A stretch of 64,000 nucleotides of DNA from Candidatus Poribacteria bacterium (GCA_965215015.1 OZ244042.1:1440001-1504000), one strand, 5' to 3'. Counted from the stretch's first letter, positions 54,102-63,836 are shown. The notes: generated by a model not told the origin, from the sequence alone. A program made the numbers and translations.

Positions 54102-54480
54102 TGGACAGGGGGCCCGGGGACCGGATTTCTGATAGGCGAAGGGGTCAGAGGCATTCAGCTATTTATAGATAGTGGTACGTGAAACGGAGAACCGTCGGCA
54201 AGCCTCGGCTTTACTCCCTCCTGCTTCGATGAAACCAAGGACGCGTTTCCGTAAATCTGTTGAATATCTCATAATACTTGAAGTTTAACAGATTTCTAAT
54301 ACAATGTCCACTTACTTTCTATACTTCACCATAAATAAACGTTGAGATTTCAAGTAGAGATATGTTTTGTACCTACCCAACGAGAGTAACACAAGTGCTA
54401 ATGGAGTCCAACACTCTATCTTACCGGGGCAACCTCTCTTGATGTAGTCGCACAATTCGTTGGGCTAGTTATTGCACTAT

Positions 54481-56166
54481 TTATTTTATAATGGTAACAA
54501 AGGTAATTGTCTGTTGCTTTCTATTATTAGCACCATCCTTGACGTCAATTTCAATCTTGTAGGTTCTTGAGTTGACAAGTTCCTGTCCCGGAACCACAGT
54601 CAGCGTTGCTGTTTGACCCAACACGTTTGCAATCCAATTAAGGTCCGTTCCCACCTCATTGGTCAGCTTTATGCTTCCAATGATTGGTTCGTCGAAATCA
54701 AATCTGAAACCGCTAGCATTGATTGGTCCAATATTGACCCTTGTGTTTCCATCTGACACCGTTCCACTTACAATTGATGGCCCCGTCGTATCCGGGACAG
54801 TAATGGTAACAAGCTGTGAAAAAAGGCCGCCTGAACTCGCTCTGACAGTCGTTCTACCATTACTCCGGGCGGTGACAAGTCCGGTTGGACTGATAGCTGC
54901 TACAGACGGATTACCGATCACCGCATCTGTGATGAGGTAGTTGTTGGCATCGCGCACAGCGGCACTCAGCTGCAACGTCTGGCCCGCGACGATCGGAAAT
55001 AGGTTGACTGGGCTGATTTCGATTGTGGTCGGTAACTGTACCACGGTTATGGAAGCTGTTGAGGATTCGGCACCAGATGTCGCTTTGATATAAACTGCCC
55101 CGTTACCCCGGGCGGTAACGAGTCCCCGAGGACCCACACTAACTACACTGGGATTGCTGCTTGACCAACGCACAATCGCGCCTGGTATGGGTTGGTTTTT
55201 CCCGTCCTTTATTGTAGCATTTAACTGAATAGTGTCTCCAAGTGCTATCAACTTCGCCGCCGCGGGGGTGATGTTGACAGTAGTTGATGCCTGCTCCACC
55301 GTTATCGCCACGGTGGTTGACACCCCCCCAGATGTCGCTCTGATAGTAGCTGTCCCGTTACCCCGGGCGGTAACGAGTCCCCGAGGACCCACACTAACTA
55401 CACTGGGATTGCTGCTCGACCAACTCACAATCGCGCCTGGTATGGGTTGGTTTTTCCCGTCCTTTATTGTAGCATTTAACTGAATAGTGTCTCCAAGTGC
55501 TGTCAGCGTTGCAGCGGCGGGGAGAATGCTGATTATGGCAGGCGATCCGATAATGACCAGTTGGAGGGTATCATTGCTACCCTCCGCTGCTGTCCACGCG
55601 ATGTTGAGAGTAGTTGCGCCCGGAGCTAGACCGGACGGTCCCCAAATAGCAGTGTGCCCTTGCACCACAGCATGCCTACCATTTATCGTTACAACGCCCG
55701 GTGGCGCACTAAAATTGAGAGTTAGCAATCCACTACTGAGCATCTGGGCACCCGCCTTCGGCTCACTGCTGAGAAGTTCTGCTACTTTTTCTACGTTCAT
55801 CGCAAGCTGATTCCCACCGCTTGAAATATTAACCGTGCCAGAACCCACGAATAAACGGTTCCCTGTCTTAAAGACTTCTACCTTGACTTCCCTCCGGTTG
55901 CCAACCGGAACATCGTTAACCGTTACTTCATAAGTTTGTTTGTGCCCTTCGACAATTGCAAGATGTTGTTCCTTTACAATCTGATTTGGAATGTCAGCTG
56001 CTGTTATTATTATTCTGAGGGTATAATCCCCAGCTGCCATTGGACTCAGAAAGGCGAGAGGAATATCTATTGAAGAAAAATCGTCTACATCGTCGCCGCT
56101 GCAGCTTAAGAAAAATAGAGTGAACCCCATAGCAAACCCTATCATCGAAACCAAACTTTTTGACAT
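54481..56166 (-). CDS. Lipoprotein with bacterial Ig-like group 2 (Big_2) repeats
   Basis: Lipobox FFLSC; repeats I.PAAA.L.ALGDTIQLNAT..WSSSNPSVVSV..GLVTARGNG. Confidence 0.85.
   Translation of the reverse strand: MSKSLVSMIGFAMGFTLFFLSCSGDDVDDFSSIDIPLAFLSPMAAGDYTLRIIITAADIPNQIVKEQHLAIVEGHKQTYEVTVNDVPVGNRREVKVEVFKTGNRLFVGSGTVNISSGGNQLAMNVEKVAELLSSEPKAGAQMLSSGLLTLNFSAPPGVVTINGRHAVVQGHTAIWGPSGLAPGATTLNIAWTAAEGSNDTLQLVIIGSPAIISILPAAATLTALGDTIQLNATIKDGKNQPIPGAIVSWSSSNPSVVSVGPRGLVTARGNGTATIRATSGGVSTTVAITVEQASTTVNITPAAAKLIALGDTIQLNATIKDGKNQPIPGAIVRWSSSNPSVVSVGPRGLVTARGNGAVYIKATSGAESSTASITVVQLPTTIEISPVNLFPIVAGQTLQLSAAVRDANNYLITDAVIGNPSVAAISPTGLVTARSNGRTTVRASSGGLFSQLVTITVPDTTGPSIVSGTVSDGNTRVNIGPINASGFRFDFDEPIIGSIKLTNEVGTDLNWIANVLGQTATLTVVPGQELVNSRTYKIEIDVKDGANNRKQQTITFVTIIK
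55099..55501. repeat. Intragenic duplication, 255-bp period (Big_2 domains)
   Basis: About 150 bp nearly identical starting at 55099 and 55354. Confidence 0.85.
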
Positions 56167-56263
56167 TGTCTATCCTCTTCTCCTTTGTTGTTTACCAAAT
56201 GTTTATCCGCGAGATGGATCTCCCACCTGCCTAAGAGCTTGTTACTGGACAATTCACCACACG

Positions 56264-56328
56264 GTTTGTAGTCGCGCAATCGATTGCATATCTTGAAAAA
56301 GCTGGCGAGATATCAACAGACTACAAAC
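56264..56328. repeat. REP-like inverted repeat
   Basis: GTTTGTAGTC ... GACTACAAAC; related half copy TGTAGTCGCACAATT near 54443. Confidence 0.5.
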
Positions 56329-56461
56329 GGGCGAACAATTGTCCTACTATGAACCTCGACTGGCGCAGTTGCAAAATTCGTTGTGAGTATTAACCGGCGC
56401 GGATTTGACAAACTTTCGACACACAATACCATCCCTGTTGGGGAAAGAAGGTTACCGTTTT

Positions 56462-57781
56462 TTACGGAATACTTATTGAAATTTTTAAGTTCCCGGTCTG
56501 TAGTTGACTTGCCTGGTCGCTTCCACCATCGCTATCGTTTCCATCATCGCTATCGTTTCCATCGTTGCTACGATTAGAGAGTACGAACGCGGCGACACCA
56601 GCTCCAGATGCTGCAACAAACCCTCCGATAATAAAAGGCCATTTTGATCTGCCGCTTCGGATCGCTGGCAACCGTTGGAGCATAGGGTTGACTTCCACCT
56701 CTCGGCCCGCTTTGATACTGATTTCCTGTGTATAATCCTCGTAATCCTCAAGGGTTAATTTCAACATGTGTGTTCCAACCATCACATCTTGAATCCGCAC
56801 CGGTGTGCGTTGTGCTTGCAAAACATCAGCAAGCATTACTTGCGCCCCAGTGGGCTGGGAGTTAACAAAAATCGAGCCGGTTTGCCCCGGTGGCACTGGA
56901 CCCCCAGGAAGCACAAAAATGAAACTCCCTTTGTTCAGTTCCGGACCCATAATTTTACCATGCTGTGGATGTTGCGCTCCATTGTTGTATTCAGGCACTT
57001 TCCTCGCTAGGTGTGCTCCCAACTCCTCTCCTGTTATGTAACCATCAGGGAATGGATCTTTTGCCTTGCCTTGGATGAGGTCTAAGAACTCCTGCTTAAA
57101 AACACTATAGTTGGGGAGCTGTTCATTAGCACGGCCCGCAGTGATGAACTGCCGTACCGGTTGTTTGACACGAGCTGAGATGTGTTCGGAAGTTACCCCG
57201 GCTCGTAAGCTGAGAATCATGCCGGAAAAGCAGCTGTCAAACACAAGCAACATATGCCGTGATTGTACCAACCTCACTTGTTTAATCAGCAATGTCAGAT
57301 CCATAGCTTTGAGTTTGAAGTTGATTACGTCTTTTTCTGGCAACGGCGCGTCAATCATTACCAGATAGCCAAGGTCTTCGCCGGTTGCCATCTTCTGGGT
57401 GTAGCCATGCCCTGCATAATAAAACAGGAGGCGGTTGTCTGGATCTCCACCGGCGTTGACGATGAAATCAGCGAACACCTTTTCAAATTCCTGCTTCGTC
57501 AAATCTTTTTTTAACGTTACGGAGAAGCCGTGCACCTCAAGGACATCTGCGACTTCATCCACGTCCTGAAGCACGCCTGAGAGCTGGGACCAACCCTCGG
57601 TGTAGCTTCCGTTGCCAACGACGAGAGCGTAGGAGTCTTTATACAGTTCAATTTCTTCGCCCTGCTGCGTGCGGACTGAGATGGTTTTTATATCGCGAAT
57701 TGCCTGTGCAAACAACTCTCCTGCGGCGACCAAATATAAACAAAGCGGCGTAACAAGTAGGGAAATCAGGCGTTTTGTCAT
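56462..57781 (-). CDS. Exported caspase-like (peptidase C14) protein with PEGA domain and C-terminal hydrophobic helix
   Basis: AAGGAG RBS, signal peptide, SYALVVGN, FYYAGHG, FDSCFSG, VNSQPTGAQV PEGA domain, WPFIIGGFVAASGAGVAAFVL. Confidence 0.88.
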   Translation of the reverse strand: MTKRLISLLVTPLCLYLVAAGELFAQAIRDIKTISVRTQQGEEIELYKDSYALVVGNGSYTEGWSQLSGVLQDVDEVADVLEVHGFSVTLKKDLTKQEFEKVFADFIVNAGGDPDNRLLFYYAGHGYTQKMATGEDLGYLVMIDAPLPEKDVINFKLKAMDLTLLIKQVRLVQSRHMLLVFDSCFSGMILSLRAGVTSEHISARVKQPVRQFITAGRANEQLPNYSVFKQEFLDLIQGKAKDPFPDGYITGEELGAHLARKVPEYNNGAQHPQHGKIMGPELNKGSFIFVLPGGPVPPGQTGSIFVNSQPTGAQVMLADVLQAQRTPVRIQDVMVGTHMLKLTLEDYEDYTQEISIKAGREVEVNPMLQRLPAIRSGRSKWPFIIGGFVAASGAGVAAFVLSNRSNDGNDSDDGNDSDGGSDQASQLQTGNLKISISIP

Positions 57782-57925
57782 AATAATCTCCTTTGAAGGC
57801 TGCGAACGCGCAGTCAAGGTTCATTCTTTCCACAGTTTACCGTTCCGTTAGGATTTCAAGCGTTTTACCATCGTAAAAATTGCCTTTCATTTCTACTCAC
57901 TGTAAAGGCATAAAAAGGTAAAAAT

Positions 57926-60775
57926 TTAAGGGGGTGCAGTCCTCGCACAACGAAACCTGAAGTAGGGATTTGTGAATGTTGGAGCATTTCCGCGGCGATC
58001 AGCGACGCGCAGGGACCTCGAATTACCGACCCACGAGCCACCGCGCAACACTCTATTATTTTTAATATTTGTGAAATTACTTGTAATATCTGTAATACTA
58101 TTCACCCTTGCAATCGGATTGCGACGCGGTGAGATTTTATAGTAATTCCCTTGATATTCGTCTAAGCACCACTCCCACACATTGCCCGCTATATCGTAGA
58201 GCCCATAAGGGTTAGGGGCATAGCTCCCCACAGCAGTCGTGCCTCCAAGATTACTATTGTAGTTTGCCTTGTTTGCATCTATCGAATCCCCCTCCCACGG
58301 ATACTTTTTACCCGACAATCCACCCCGTGCTGCCCTTTCCCACTCTGCCTCCGTTGGCAAATGCTTGCCCGCCCACTCCGCATACGCCATGGCACCGTAC
58401 CAACTCACATACACAACGGGGTGATTTCCTCTACCGTAACTGTTTCCAGTCCAGTGTTTTAGATAATTCCCATCGTGGTACCTTCTAGGTATCTGGTCTT
58501 TCCCCCACCACGGGTTGGCATCAACGAACTCCTTATATTGTACATTGGTCACCTCGTATATGTCTATATAGAACGCATCGACATAGACGGTATGCACCGG
58601 CTTTTCGTCAAAATTACCATCGTTACTTCCCATCTGAAAGTCGCCTGCGGGAATAAAGACCATGCCCTCAAGCGAGTCACTACTTTGGCGTATCTTTGTC
58701 TCCTCCAAGCGGACCTCCCACAGCGTTTGTTGGCCGCCTCTCAGCATTAACCTTTCCACGTGGCTCTTGTAACCCGAAAGCTCTAAGCGTATCTCAATCT
58801 GTTTTTCACGCGCCCTCCCGGTGTCAATCTCATAGTCATGTAACGGCGTTTGTCCAATCGAGTCACCCTCACCCTCAATGTAGACAAGTGCCCCGCTCGG
58901 TATGCTAGTAACCGTCAACGTTCCGGTTCGAGAGATGATTTTCTCCAAGGGGATATCCCGCAGCGTTTGTTGGCCGCCTCTCAGCACTAACCTTTCCACG
59001 TGGCTCTTGTAACCCGAAAGCTCTAAGCGTATCTCAATCTGTTTTTCACGCGCCCTCCCGGTGTCAATCTCATAGTCATGTAACGGCGTTTGTCCAATCG
59101 AGTCACCCTCACCCTCAATGTAGACAGACGCACCGCTCGGTGTGCTAGTAACCGTCAACGTTCCGGTTCGAGAGATGATTTTCTCCAAGGGGATATCCCG
59201 CAGCGTTTGTTGGCCGCCTCTCAGCACTAACTTTTCCACGTGGCTCTTGTAACCCGAAAGCTCTAAGCGTATCTCAATCTGTTTTTCACGCGCCCTCCCG
59301 GTGTCAATCTCATAGTCATGTAACGGCGTTTGTCCAATCGAGTCACCCTCACCCTCAATGTAGACAGACGCATCGCTCGGTGTGCTAGTAACCGTCAACG
59401 TTCCAGTTCGAGAGATGATTTTCTCCAAGCGGACATCCCACGGCGTTTGTTGTCCACTTCTCAACGTTAATTGTGTTATGGCGCGCTTGTAGCCTGAAAG
59501 TTCTAAGACGACCGTCACCCGTTTTTCGTGCCGTACACCTATATCCATCTTATGGCTCGTCAGCGGGGACCTCCCAATCAAATCATTGTCAACGTAAATA
59601 TCAGCACCGCTCGGTGTGCTAGTAACCGTCAACGTTCCGGTTCGAGAGATGATTTTCTCCAAGCGGACATCCCACGGCGTTTGTTGTCCACTTCTCAACG
59701 TTAATTGTGTTACGGCGCGCTTGTAGCCTGAAAGTTCTAAGACGACCGTCACCCGTTTTTCGTGCCGTACACCTATATCCATCTTATAGCTCGTCAGGGG
59801 GGACTTCCCAATCCAAGCATTGTCAACGTAAATATCAGCACCGCTCGGCGTACTAGTAACCATTAACAGCGGAGGCGTGGGAGGGAGGGGCTCCGCTGGC
59901 AGCACAAACACAAAATCACCCTTGTCCAACTTCGGATTGCGAATTTTGCCATACTGCGGGTGTTGCGTGGGGTTGTAGACCGGCACCTGATTTTTCAGAT
60001 AAAACCCTAACTCCTCACCCGTTATGTACCCATCACGAAACGGCTCATCTGCACGTCCCTCAATTAGATCTAAGAACGCTTGTTTAAAATCGCTGTGGTC
60101 TGGCACTACTTCCCCCGCCCGCCCCGCTGTAATAAACTGCCGTACTGGATACTTAACGTTGTCCGAAATGCTTTCAGAAGGACGACGGAGGCGATCCCGC
60201 ACATTGAGAATTGTCCCGGAGAAGCAGCTATCAAATATAAACAGCACATGCCGCGCCAAGATTTTCTCTGCCTGCGTCACAAGCGATTCCATAGGGATAC
60301 TTTCAAGCTCAAAATCGATCTTATTTACCTCCGGTGTAGGCGCATCTACCATGACAAGGTATCCGAAGGCTTCACCGGTTGCACCTTTGCGAGTGTAGCC
60401 GTGGCCAGCGTAGTAAAACAGGAGCCGATTGTTAGCGGCTTCACCAGACTTCAAGACAAACTCCGCAAAAGCACGGTCAAATTTAGCCTTCGTCAAATCC
60501 TTTTTTAATGTAACGTTAAAGCCATGTTTTTTGAGGGCGGTTTCAACTTCCTTCACATCCTTGAGGGCACCCTCCAGCGGATCCCAGCCCTTTGTGTAGG
60601 TTCCGTTGCCAACAACGAGGGCATAGGAATCTTTATACAGTTGAATCTCGCCAGCCGTTGTGTGGACGGTGATAGGTTTCATGCCACGGCCTGTCTGCGA
60701 AAATAGATCTCCAATGATGATTAGACAAAAAAAGGAGACCATCGCAACGCATTGGAAAATCGGAGGTTTTGTCAT
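57926..60775 (-). CDS. Exported caspase-like protein with five PEGA domains and C-terminal FGE-sulfatase (SUMF1) domain
   Basis: Signal peptide, YAGHG, DSCFSG, five VTS.PS repeats, IPAGDFQMGS, YEVTN, LPTEAEWERAARGG, GNVWEW, RGGSW. Confidence 0.92.
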   Translation of the reverse strand: MTKPPIFQCVAMVSFFCLIIIGDLFSQTGRGMKPITVHTTAGEIQLYKDSYALVVGNGTYTKGWDPLEGALKDVKEVETALKKHGFNVTLKKDLTKAKFDRAFAEFVLKSGEAANNRLLFYYAGHGYTRKGATGEAFGYLVMVDAPTPEVNKIDFELESIPMESLVTQAEKILARHVLFIFDSCFSGTILNVRDRLRRPSESISDNVKYPVRQFITAGRAGEVVPDHSDFKQAFLDLIEGRADEPFRDGYITGEELGFYLKNQVPVYNPTQHPQYGKIRNPKLDKGDFVFVLPAEPLPPTPPLLMVTSTPSGADIYVDNAWIGKSPLTSYKMDIGVRHEKRVTVVLELSGYKRAVTQLTLRSGQQTPWDVRLEKIISRTGTLTVTSTPSGADIYVDNDLIGRSPLTSHKMDIGVRHEKRVTVVLELSGYKRAITQLTLRSGQQTPWDVRLEKIISRTGTLTVTSTPSDASVYIEGEGDSIGQTPLHDYEIDTGRAREKQIEIRLELSGYKSHVEKLVLRGGQQTLRDIPLEKIISRTGTLTVTSTPSGASVYIEGEGDSIGQTPLHDYEIDTGRAREKQIEIRLELSGYKSHVERLVLRGGQQTLRDIPLEKIISRTGTLTVTSIPSGALVYIEGEGDSIGQTPLHDYEIDTGRAREKQIEIRLELSGYKSHVERLMLRGGQQTLWEVRLEETKIRQSSDSLEGMVFIPAGDFQMGSNDGNFDEKPVHTVYVDAFYIDIYEVTNVQYKEFVDANPWWGKDQIPRRYHDGNYLKHWTGNSYGRGNHPVVYVSWYGAMAYAEWAGKHLPTEAEWERAARGGLSGKKYPWEGDSIDANKANYNSNLGGTTAVGSYAPNPYGLYDIAGNVWEWCLDEYQGNYYKISPRRNPIARVNSITDITSNFTNIKNNRVLRGGSWVGNSRSLRVADRRGNAPTFTNPYFRFRCARTAPP
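58703..59865. repeat. Tandem PEGA-coding repeats: 3 x 240 bp and 2 x 234 bp
   Basis: Identical 60-mers at 58801, 59041 and 59281; second unit type recurs at 59421 and 59655. Confidence 0.92.
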
Positions 60776-60838
60776 GGAAGGGGCCTTACTATAAAAATAT
60801 AAAACCTGAATTTGGACTGAAGGGGTATTCCCTGGTTC

Positions 60839-61624
60839 TTAGGTAAGTGATGTGCGGAGAAGGACATGACAGACGCGTTTCTGCACATCATACCATCGTT
60901 CAACCGTCTCTATTCCCTTTAAGGTGACGTCAATATGAGTGCGGGTGATTATCCTCAGGGATCCTCTATGCAATTTTTTTAGAATAGAAACGTTTGATTC
61001 AATAGTGAGTGCAAGATTGACTCGGGCTCGGTGTTCTGCTCTCGCCCACGCTTTGTCGGGATAAGCCCCCATATGGCTTTGTCCGTGCGCGTAAGTATAC
61101 CCCGGCTGACTTGGAAGATTTTCAAGCCAGTTAGGAGGGGAGGGACTAGCGGTTGTGACGTGGTTGGGCAGGTTGGGTGTCGTGCCTAACCCCACAAATA
61201 TCATCGTTAACGCTTCGCCATGATAGGTTGCCAAGTGTTCGTGTTTCTCTTGGACGTGTTCTTTTACACCGGCATCTAGTTCTTCCCGAAATCTTGGTAT
61301 TAGCTGCCCATTTATCGAAATCTGCTTTCCATGTATGCGGACACGGGTAGATTTCGCTACGCTCTCAATTCCATCATCAATAGCCTTCTTTAAGGCTTTT
61401 TCAGGATATCGCCCGGTCAATGCGTACCCTACAGCGGTCGGAAACGGGAGATCAAGTAGTGGCTGCCAAAACCAATATGGATACGCGATGTTTGCGTTCT
61501 CTGTGCGGGATGGGGAGACGGAAGGACCGGAAGCCACCACCGACGTGTCCCAATCAACTTTTGAGGATTGGCAACTCATGAGCAGAAATATAAAAAAAAC
61601 AGACAAATATCTGTATTTTCCCAT
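60839..61624 (-). CDS. LPP20-like lipoprotein
   Basis: Lipobox LLMSC; YPYWF and PPNWL modules, AWARAEHRARVNLA. Confidence 0.65.
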   Translation of the reverse strand: MGKYRYLSVFFIFLLMSCQSSKVDWDTSVVASGPSVSPSRTENANIAYPYWFWQPLLDLPFPTAVGYALTGRYPEKALKKAIDDGIESVAKSTRVRIHGKQISINGQLIPRFREELDAGVKEHVQEKHEHLATYHGEALTMIFVGLGTTPNLPNHVTTASPSPPNWLENLPSQPGYTYAHGQSHMGAYPDKAWARAEHRARVNLALTIESNVSILKKLHRGSLRIITRTHIDVTLKGIETVERWYDVQKRVCHVLLRTSLT

Positions 61625-61865
61625 AAATCCATGTTCTTTATCACGAATTACGCGAGTTGGTATGCACAGACTCTTTTGAGCCCGAGTATTCATAAGGAGA
61701 GTGCCTCGCCTAATAATATAGGGAGGAGGTCACTGTCCCGCTGTTTGAAGTTAGGAAAATTCTTCTTACTTCATCGCGGCACGGTGATTAAGGTGAGCTC
61801 CGGTACAACAGGGTTATCCCCATTGTACCGGAGTAACGGTGGCGTACCTCGTTTACAGGCAGTTC

Positions 61866-62516
61866 TTATTGAGTCTGCGACGTAGCTGGATCCCCATCCT
61901 GACCTATTGGACTGGGAATAGAGGGTTGCCCTGACTGTTCTTCCCGCTCGCGGAGGTCCTTAATCTTTTCTGCCAGTTCGTTGTGCCCCTTCCAGGCCTG
62001 GAACTCTTGATACAAGGCTGCCTCATTGCTAATCTGTTTAACAAGCGGATCCTCAATATTGCTCTTTATAGGCATTCCCAACATAAGTTGCACGTCGTAT
62101 AATCCACTTTTTTCCGTAGCTTTTGTTGTGATAACGGCAGTATCTTGTAATGTCTCATCGGCAAGACTCTCGGAGACTTGACTAAAAACGGCATTAATTC
62201 TTGCGTCGGCCTCTCCGCCGAGCTGTTGCTGAAAATCCTTGGAAAGCGCAGTAACCTGTGCCTTCGCTTTAAGTGCCATGGCCGCCCTTGCTCTTTGCAT
62301 TGCCATTGACCTTGCCATGTTCAGGTTTCGCGAATTACCGAGGCCGATGGTGTAGAGAAAGCCGTCAGTGCCATCGGGGTGGGGTTCGAGTATGTGAACC
62401 TCGCGCGCTCCTGGGTCGATAACTGATTGGGCGACCTCTTTACCACCGCAACCTACCAAGACCAACCCCGCGCCAACGCAGAGGAGAAGTGTTATATTTA
62501 AAATCTGTTTCATCAT
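61866..62516 (-). CDS. LPP20-like lipoprotein
   Basis: AAGGAG RBS, lipobox VLVGC, YTIGLGNSR..ARSMAMQRARAAMA. Confidence 0.75.
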   Translation of the reverse strand: MMKQILNITLLLCVGAGLVLVGCGGKEVAQSVIDPGAREVHILEPHPDGTDGFLYTIGLGNSRNLNMARSMAMQRARAAMALKAKAQVTALSKDFQQQLGGEADARINAVFSQVSESLADETLQDTAVITTKATEKSGLYDVQLMLGMPIKSNIEDPLVKQISNEAALYQEFQAWKGHNELAEKIKDLREREEQSGQPSIPSPIGQDGDPATSQTQ

Positions 62517-62679
62517 TTTGAAACTCCTTTTTCAACTTGAAGGTTGGCACGGATGCCTTATGCACCCGTGTGAGTTTCAGCCGCAAAGGCTGAAGATTAA
62601 CAGTCAGGCGATCTAACTGACATCTGTTATTGCCCCGCGATGGAACTTGCTTAAATAAGTTGACCTCAACTTACTCTAA

Positions 62680-63109
62680 AGAATCAGGATTCTCAAGATG
62701 GAAGGATTTTCGGGATAGCGAATGGCAATGGATAGAGTCAATCCTGTGAATCCTAAAATCCGGTAAAACCAGATTCAGACAAATGTCGCGATGATTTTGG
62801 AGGCTGAGGTGTAACTTGTCAGAATCAGGATCTTCAAGATGGAAGGATTTTCAGGATAGTGAATGGCAATGGATAGAGTCAATCCTGTGAATCCTAAAAT
62901 CCGGTAAAACCAGATTCAGACAAATGTCGCGATGATTTTGGAGGCTGAGGTGTAACTTGTCAGAATCAGGATTCTCAAGATGGAAGGATTTTCAGGATAG
63001 TGAATGGCAATGGATAGAGTCAATCCTGTGAATCCTAAAATCCAGTCAATCCCGATTCAGACAGAATGCGGCGATGATTTTGGAGGAGGGTGTGTAACTT
63101 GTCAGAATC
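62680..63109. repeat. Intergenic tandem repeat, 3 x ~141 bp, each unit an imperfect palindrome
   Basis: Units start at 62680, 62821 and 62962 (AGAATCAGGAT..GATTCAGACA..GTGTAACTTGTC). Confidence 0.92.
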
Positions 63110-63207
63110 TACTTTCCGGAGGCAACCTTCTTCAGATAGGCCTTTGTCTCTGTAGGCTTTTTCGCAATAAGTCGTTACATACCTATTTAACGCGCAGAAG
63201 AATCCGG

Positions 63208-63248
63208 GTGGAAGGATGGGCGACTCACTTCGTCACCCATTCTTCCAC
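63208..63248. repeat. Hairpin downstream of lipoprotein gene
   Basis: GTGGAAGGATGGGCGAC-TCACTTC-GTCACCCATTCTTCCAC. Confidence 0.6.
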
Positions 63249-63302
63249 TACTGTAGAGATACTGTTCGTTGAGGAGATGCTAACCCCTCCTGCTCGCTGC
63301 GT

Positions 63303-63836
63303 TTACCGCTCGCGAAGTTCTAGAACCTTTTTTGCTAAGTCGTTATGTCCTTTCCACGCTTGGAACTCTTGATATAAAGCTTCATCTTGACCGATTTCCT
63401 TAACAAGTACATCTTCGATATTATCCTTTATGGACATTCCCAACATCATGTGTACGCTGTACAGCCCATTTTTCTCCGTCACCTTCGTTTTGATAATGCT
63501 AGATTTTATTAACCGTTGATCGGCGAGGGCCTCGGAAACTCGAGTAAAAGCGGCGTTGATTTGTCCGGTAGCTCCTGCGCCGAGTTGTTGCTGAAAGTCC
63601 TTGGACAGCGCGGTGACATGCGACTGAGCCACAAGTGCCATGGATGCCCTTGTTCTTTGCGTTGCCATTGCCTTCGCTAAGCTTAAATCGCGCGATTCAC
63701 CTATGCCAACAGCGTAGAGCAATCCATCTTTGCCATCAGGAAAAGGCGTAAGTGTATCACTTTTACCGCAGCCGACGAAAACCAGCCCCGCGCCGATACA
63801 GAGACAAAATATGAGAGTTAAAATGGATTTCAACAT
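63303..63836 (-). CDS. LPP20-like lipoprotein, paralog of 61866-62516
   Basis: Lipobox VFVGC; shares VTALSKDFQQQLG and ALYQEFQAWKGHN with the paralog. Confidence 0.8.
   Translation of the reverse strand: MLKSILTLIFCLCIGAGLVFVGCGKSDTLTPFPDGKDGLLYAVGIGESRDLSLAKAMATQRTRASMALVAQSHVTALSKDFQQQLGAGATGQINAAFTRVSEALADQRLIKSSIIKTKVTEKNGLYSVHMMLGMSIKDNIEDVLVKEIGQDEALYQEFQAWKGHNDLAKKVLELRER

Noticed and set aside
62680-63109. CRISPR array
   Set aside because: Units are 141 bp with near-identical linkers, no unique spacers and no cas genes
63004-63372. 122-aa plus-strand ORF
   Set aside because: Reads through the repeat array and antisense into a real gene
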